This document shows, piece after piece, positions 57,952 to 61,376 of a stretch of DNA of 61,376 bases. Position numbers and translations under genes: made by a program. Below the pieces are notes generated by a model. That model was not told the DNA's origin. It searched no databases and saw only the letters and a program-made list of their open reading frames with translations. This DNA is from a virus. Lineage: Duplodnaviria > Caudoviricetes. The stretch is from positions 1 to 61,376 of the IMG/VR virus record IMGVR_UViG_3300001847_000619. One strand, written 5' to 3'. Position 1 is the stretch's first letter. Every line of letters begins with the position of its first letter.

Positions 57952-57972
57952 TGGGAACTAAAAAAATCCATT

Positions 57973-58656
57973 ATGACACTAAAAGAACAAATGCAAGATG
58001 CAGAAGCTATCTTTCAAAAGATAGACGCCTTTGTAAAAGAAGGTAAAATCAGCCAAGCTTACGAAGTTATTCAATCAGAAAATCCTCCTAATTCATGGCT
58101 TATTGAATTAGACTCTCGCTTAAAAAAAGGAGAAAAATACAAGTCTATTAAATTAGAATTATTAGAGGCGGCAGTAAGAAGAATATTTGGTGTTTGCGAA
58201 CTACAAACAATAGAAAATCCAGTTATTCATAGTGACAAATCTGGTACTATTTCTGTCACAATTATTGCAAAAATCGAAACAAAATATCTTGATGGAAAAC
58301 CCTATCCACTTGTGCTTTCAGGCATAGCAACAGAGATTGTAGATAGTGCAAAACTTCTTCCCCTTGCAACACCAAAGGCATCAAGTATGGCAGTTAAAAA
58401 CGCTATTAAACAATTAGGTAGATTATTTGGAAAGTATCTTAACAACGAATCAGAAGAACTGGAACTTCCCATACAATCAGATGACAATATGCTAACTCCA
58501 GAAGAAGAACTAAAAGCAATAACAGATGGCATAATAACTGCAAAAGCTATTAAAGATTTAAAATCATGGAGGCATCTTGTGTATCAAAAAAAGAATACAG
58601 AACTACAAGATTTATACGAATCAAAACTAAGACAACTACAAGTTGTAGTCAACTAA
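57973..58656 (+). CDS. Sak/Rad52-like single-strand annealing protein
   Basis: PKASSMAVKNAIKQLGRLFG..LN; start moved to MTLKEQ; next to exonuclease. Confidence 0.7.
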   Translation: MTLKEQMQDAEAIFQKIDAFVKEGKISQAYEVIQSENPPNSWLIELDSRLKKGEKYKSIKLELLEAAVRRIFGVCELQTIENPVIHSDKSGTISVTIIAKIETKYLDGKPYPLVLSGIATEIVDSAKLLPLATPKASSMAVKNAIKQLGRLFGKYLNNESEELELPIQSDDNMLTPEEELKAITDGIITAKAIKDLKSWRHLVYQKKNTELQDLYESKLRQLQVVVN

Positions 58657-58657
58657 T

Positions 58658-58852
58658 ATGGAAACAAATAAAGCTATACTAAAATTCAATAATGGCAACC
58701 TGGCTATCCTTTGTTCGGATTGCAGCAAAATATTAAAGACTGGGAAAGAATTTAATAAGGAAGAATTGTTATATGCTATAGGGGAGTTGCATTATTTATC
58801 GCCGCAATTTTGCGATGAATGTATGAAAAGTCGGTTATTATCAACAAAATAA
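58658..58852 (+). CDS. small zinc-finger protein
   Basis: KFNNG..AILCSDC...FCDEC. Confidence 0.75.
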   Translation: METNKAILKFNNGNLAILCSDCSKILKTGKEFNKEELLYAIGELHYLSPQFCDECMKSRLLSTK

Positions 58853-59024
58853 GGGTTAGTGAATGAAATAAACCACATTTTGCACGATAAATCTGTCAAG
58901 TTTATCATGCAATTAACTTGACAAAACTTGCAAAAAATACAAGTTTTGATATTATAATGGAAAAAATTCTCCAAAATGCATGAAATAATGGAAAAAATTC
59001 ATGCAGATATCGGAAAAAATACGA
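58803..59024. repeat. tandem array of unrelated abutting palindromes
   Basis: TGTCAAGTT/AACTTGACA, CAAAACTTG/CAAGTTTTG, TGCATGAA/TTCATGCA and others. Confidence 0.75.
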
Positions 59025-59047
59025 TTAACCACTAAAAAATTAACAAC

Positions 59048-59899
59048 ATGAGTAACGTAGACTGGTCAAAAGCATTATTTAGATGTTCTTGCATAGGCAA
59101 GATTATGACAGAAGGCAAAGGTTCTGTAGTAACAGAAAAACAATTACAAGAATTAGAACGACTGCAAGGACTTCCCAAACGCACAGAAAAACAAGAAGCA
59201 ACAATAGCAGAGATAATAGCAAAGATGAATGCTCCTGCTAAACTAAGCGATACTTGCATAAGCTATTTAAAAGAAGTTTATGTTTATTACAAGTATGGAA
59301 AAGAACCATTAGGAGGTGCAGAAAGAAGCATATACACAAAGAAAGGAAAGCTTGTAGAAGAAGAATCTATAATGATGCTTAGCCGAATAGACGGAATGGC
59401 TTATTCGAAAAATGAACAAAGATTTACAAATGATTATCTAACTGGAGAACCTGACATTATAGTAACGCAAGACGATATTATGTCAAAGATTATAGACATT
59501 AAGTCTAGCTACGATTTTGCCACCTTATTGTCAAATTATGGGTCTTCCCTTAATCCATTATATTATGCCCAAGTAAACGGTTATATGGCTCTTACAGGAG
59601 CTAAAGAAGCAGAAGTAGCATATTGCCTAGTATCTATGCCTCAAGAGATAGTAAACGGAGAAAGAAGAAGGATATTTTACGCCATGAATCCATTAACTGA
59701 AGAAGACCCTCTATACAAAAAGGCAATAGAAAGAATGGAGAACAATTACACCTTTGATGAAATTCCAATTACAGAAAGAGTGCTAAGATTTCCCGTTCCT
59801 AGAAACGAAGAATTTATCCAAAAGGTATACAAGAGAATAGAAGAATGCAGAGAATGGCTAAAGCAATTCGATGAAGTACATACCAATTTATACAAATAA
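59048..59899 (+). CDS. YqaJ/lambda-exonuclease-like PD-(D/E)XK nuclease
   Basis: FRCS.IG.IM, KG..VE, LTGEPDI, IIDIKSS, YY.QV.GYM.LTG. Confidence 0.88.
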   Translation: MSNVDWSKALFRCSCIGKIMTEGKGSVVTEKQLQELERLQGLPKRTEKQEATIAEIIAKMNAPAKLSDTCISYLKEVYVYYKYGKEPLGGAERSIYTKKGKLVEEESIMMLSRIDGMAYSKNEQRFTNDYLTGEPDIIVTQDDIMSKIIDIKSSYDFATLLSNYGSSLNPLYYAQVNGYMALTGAKEAEVAYCLVSMPQEIVNGERRRIFYAMNPLTEEDPLYKKAIERMENNYTFDEIPITERVLRFPVPRNEEFIQKVYKRIEECREWLKQFDEVHTNLYK

Positions 59900-59917
59900 T
59901 CTATTAAAATCTACATT

Positions 59918-60103
59918 ATGCTACAAAACGACACAAATGTGACAAACACAGTAAGACTGAACAAGGAAATTATTGAAAGAGTTAAAATTGTATCCAGGCA
60001 AAAAGGTCAAACCATATCAGGATACATAACAACAACAATCATGAAACAGTTAGATAGGGATTGGCAAAAATTCAACTCCAATGATAAAAAAAGTAGTATT
60101 TGA
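59918..60103 (+). CDS. ribbon-helix-helix protein
   Basis: TVRLNKEIIERVK......GQTISGYI. Confidence 0.7.
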   Translation: MLQNDTNVTNTVRLNKEIIERVKIVSRQKGQTISGYITTTIMKQLDRDWQKFNSNDKKSSI

Positions 60104-60536
60104 TATAACCCCCCAAACAAATGTTAGGGCAACTCAAGGAGATAGAGTTTTCTTTAGAATACCTAGAGAAAAACTTAGACCCGATGGATTAAAAAGATTG
60201 TTAAGGTTAGAAAAATATAATGACTATAAAGTTTCTATACTTGCATTAGCTAAACAAAAAAGATTCATCTTGCCAGAGCAAGGAGTACATATAATATTTT
60301 ATTTTCCCGTTCCTAAATCATGGGCTAAATACAAAAAAGAAGAAATGCACATGAAGTTACATCAATCAAAGCCTGATATTGACAACTGCATCAAGGCTGT
60401 ATTTGACAGCTTAATGTCAGAAGATAAATACATAGCAGACTTTAGGGCAACAAAAAGATGGGTTAATCAAGACAATGGATGGATAGAATTTATAATAGAT
60501 ATTCCAACAATTCCAAGTAAAGATGTTCTTGTATAA
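60081..60536 (+). CDS. rusA: RusA-family Holliday junction resolvase
   Basis: FYFPVPKSW, KPDIDNCIKAVFDSL..EDKYI...ATKRW. Confidence 0.9.
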   Translation: MIKKVVFDITPQTNVRATQGDRVFFRIPREKLRPDGLKRLLRLEKYNDYKVSILALAKQKRFILPEQGVHIIFYFPVPKSWAKYKKEEMHMKLHQSKPDIDNCIKAVFDSLMSEDKYIADFRATKRWVNQDNGWIEFIIDIPTIPSKDVLV

Positions 60537-60573
60537 AAAATATTTAGTAACTTTATAAAAAGATATTTTTTTT

Positions 60574-61251
60574 ATGTTATTGCCAATTAATATTCTTTCA
60601 TTAAAAAACCTATCTTATGCACCTGCAAAATATGGTGCTCTTAGTCCTTTTTTTATAAATAAACCAGAAAAAATTAGCAATTTAAATTTATTTTCAAATC
60701 CATTAATTAATGATAGTTTATCTATAGGTAGTGAATTTAATATACCTACATCATTAGGCAATATATCTGGTTCTTATGAAAGAGATATAAAAAATCCAAA
60801 TTTTTATCAAGCAGGAAGTTTAAAATATTTATCTCCAGCAGGTGCTATATTAAGTGGAAGATATAGCCCCCAAACTGGTGTTAATGCCAACTATACATCT
60901 CCATCTGGTATGGGAATTAACTTAGGGTATGGAAAAGATAATAATTACAATTTAGGATATACTTCTCCATCTGGAAGTAATTTAAACTTAAACTATAGTA
61001 ACGATAGTTATGGAATTGGATACAATTCACAATCTGGTAGAGGTATAAACATTCAATCAAATCCAGAAGAAACATCTTTAGAATATTACACACCAAAGAG
61101 TAAATCTATAAATTTAGGGTTATCAAAAGATAAAAAATCTTTTGATGTTGAATATGGAACAGAAAAAGGGAATAGATATGGACTTAGATATGACCCAGAA
61201 AGCGGCGTTAGATTAAGAGCAAATATCAAATTAAATAAAAACAAAAAATAG
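60574..61251 (+). CDS. beta-hairpin repeat protein (YxSPSG turns)
   Basis: about 6 repeats of 21-23 aa with alternating Gly/aromatic strands. Confidence 0.65.
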   Translation: MLLPINILSLKNLSYAPAKYGALSPFFINKPEKISNLNLFSNPLINDSLSIGSEFNIPTSLGNISGSYERDIKNPNFYQAGSLKYLSPAGAILSGRYSPQTGVNANYTSPSGMGINLGYGKDNNYNLGYTSPSGSNLNLNYSNDSYGIGYNSQSGRGINIQSNPEETSLEYYTPKSKSINLGLSKDKKSFDVEYGTEKGNRYGLRYDPESGVRLRANIKLNKNKK

Positions 61252-61273
61252 TATTTTTATTTATAAAAAGGTC

Positions 61274-61376
61274 ATGATAAAAGAAATACTTAAATATTCG
61301 AAAAAGAAAGAAATGATTAAGAGAGCCGATGGCTCTTATTCAAAAAGAGGTTTATGGGATAATATTCGTGAGAATA
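61274..61376 (+). CDS. partial small basic protein (KRADGSYSKRGLWDNIR), truncated by window end
   Basis: manual translation, open to end. Confidence 0.6.
   Translation, partial: MIKEILKYSKKKEMIKRADGSYSKRGLWDNIREN

Noticed and set aside
57871-57972. GTG-started N-terminal extension of the Sak gene
   Set aside because: Overlaps a terminator hairpin and the gene's own promoter; ATG at 57973 has a proper leader.
58803-59024. CRISPR mini-array
   Set aside because: No constant repeat with unique spacers; only one 16-bp direct repeat pair (ATAATGGAAAAAATTC) and no cas genes.
1-61376. Stop-codon reassignment
   Set aside because: Long genes are intact in code 11, coding density is high, and TAG and TGA both end genes at sensible boundaries.

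Overview
Large part of the genome of an AT-rich (~30% GC by eye) tailed dsDNA phage, probably a podovirus, in the standard genetic code. Repeated TTTG-N18-20-TAnnTTTG promoters and A-rich leaders without Shine-Dalgarno motifs indicate a Bacteroidota host. Layout: 1-9.8 kb holds small accessory genes, a lambda-O-like initiator with internal iterons, DnaB, NinG and a C5 DNA methyltransferase. 9.8-15.9 kb is a GroES-flanked glycosylation cluster (about 5 GT-A proteins, a SAM methyltransferase, GDP-fucose synthase). 15.9-33.7 kb holds tail and putative ejection proteins; 33.7-43 kb holds putative TerS, ferritin, TerL, portal, scaffold and major capsid; 43-52 kb holds a fibre, lysis genes and a phosphoesterase; 52-57.3 kb holds leftward small (probably early) genes; ~57.3-57.8 kb is a non-coding divergence point; 58-61 kb holds Sak/Rad52, an exonuclease and RusA. 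No integrase, DNA polymerase, tRNA or CRISPR array was seen. The most unusual signals are non-coding or hidden. (1) Promoter-seed-terminator sRNA cassettes whose seeds are antisense to leader motifs shared by groups of phage genes. (2) Two +1-frame ORFs nested in the 2356-aa protein that share a motif conserved through synonymous changes. (3) A 9-mer, TTCCCCTTG, found at least 37 times where under 1 copy is expected. (4) Tandem arrays of unrelated abutting palindromes. All counts and alignments were made by eye and no database search was run.
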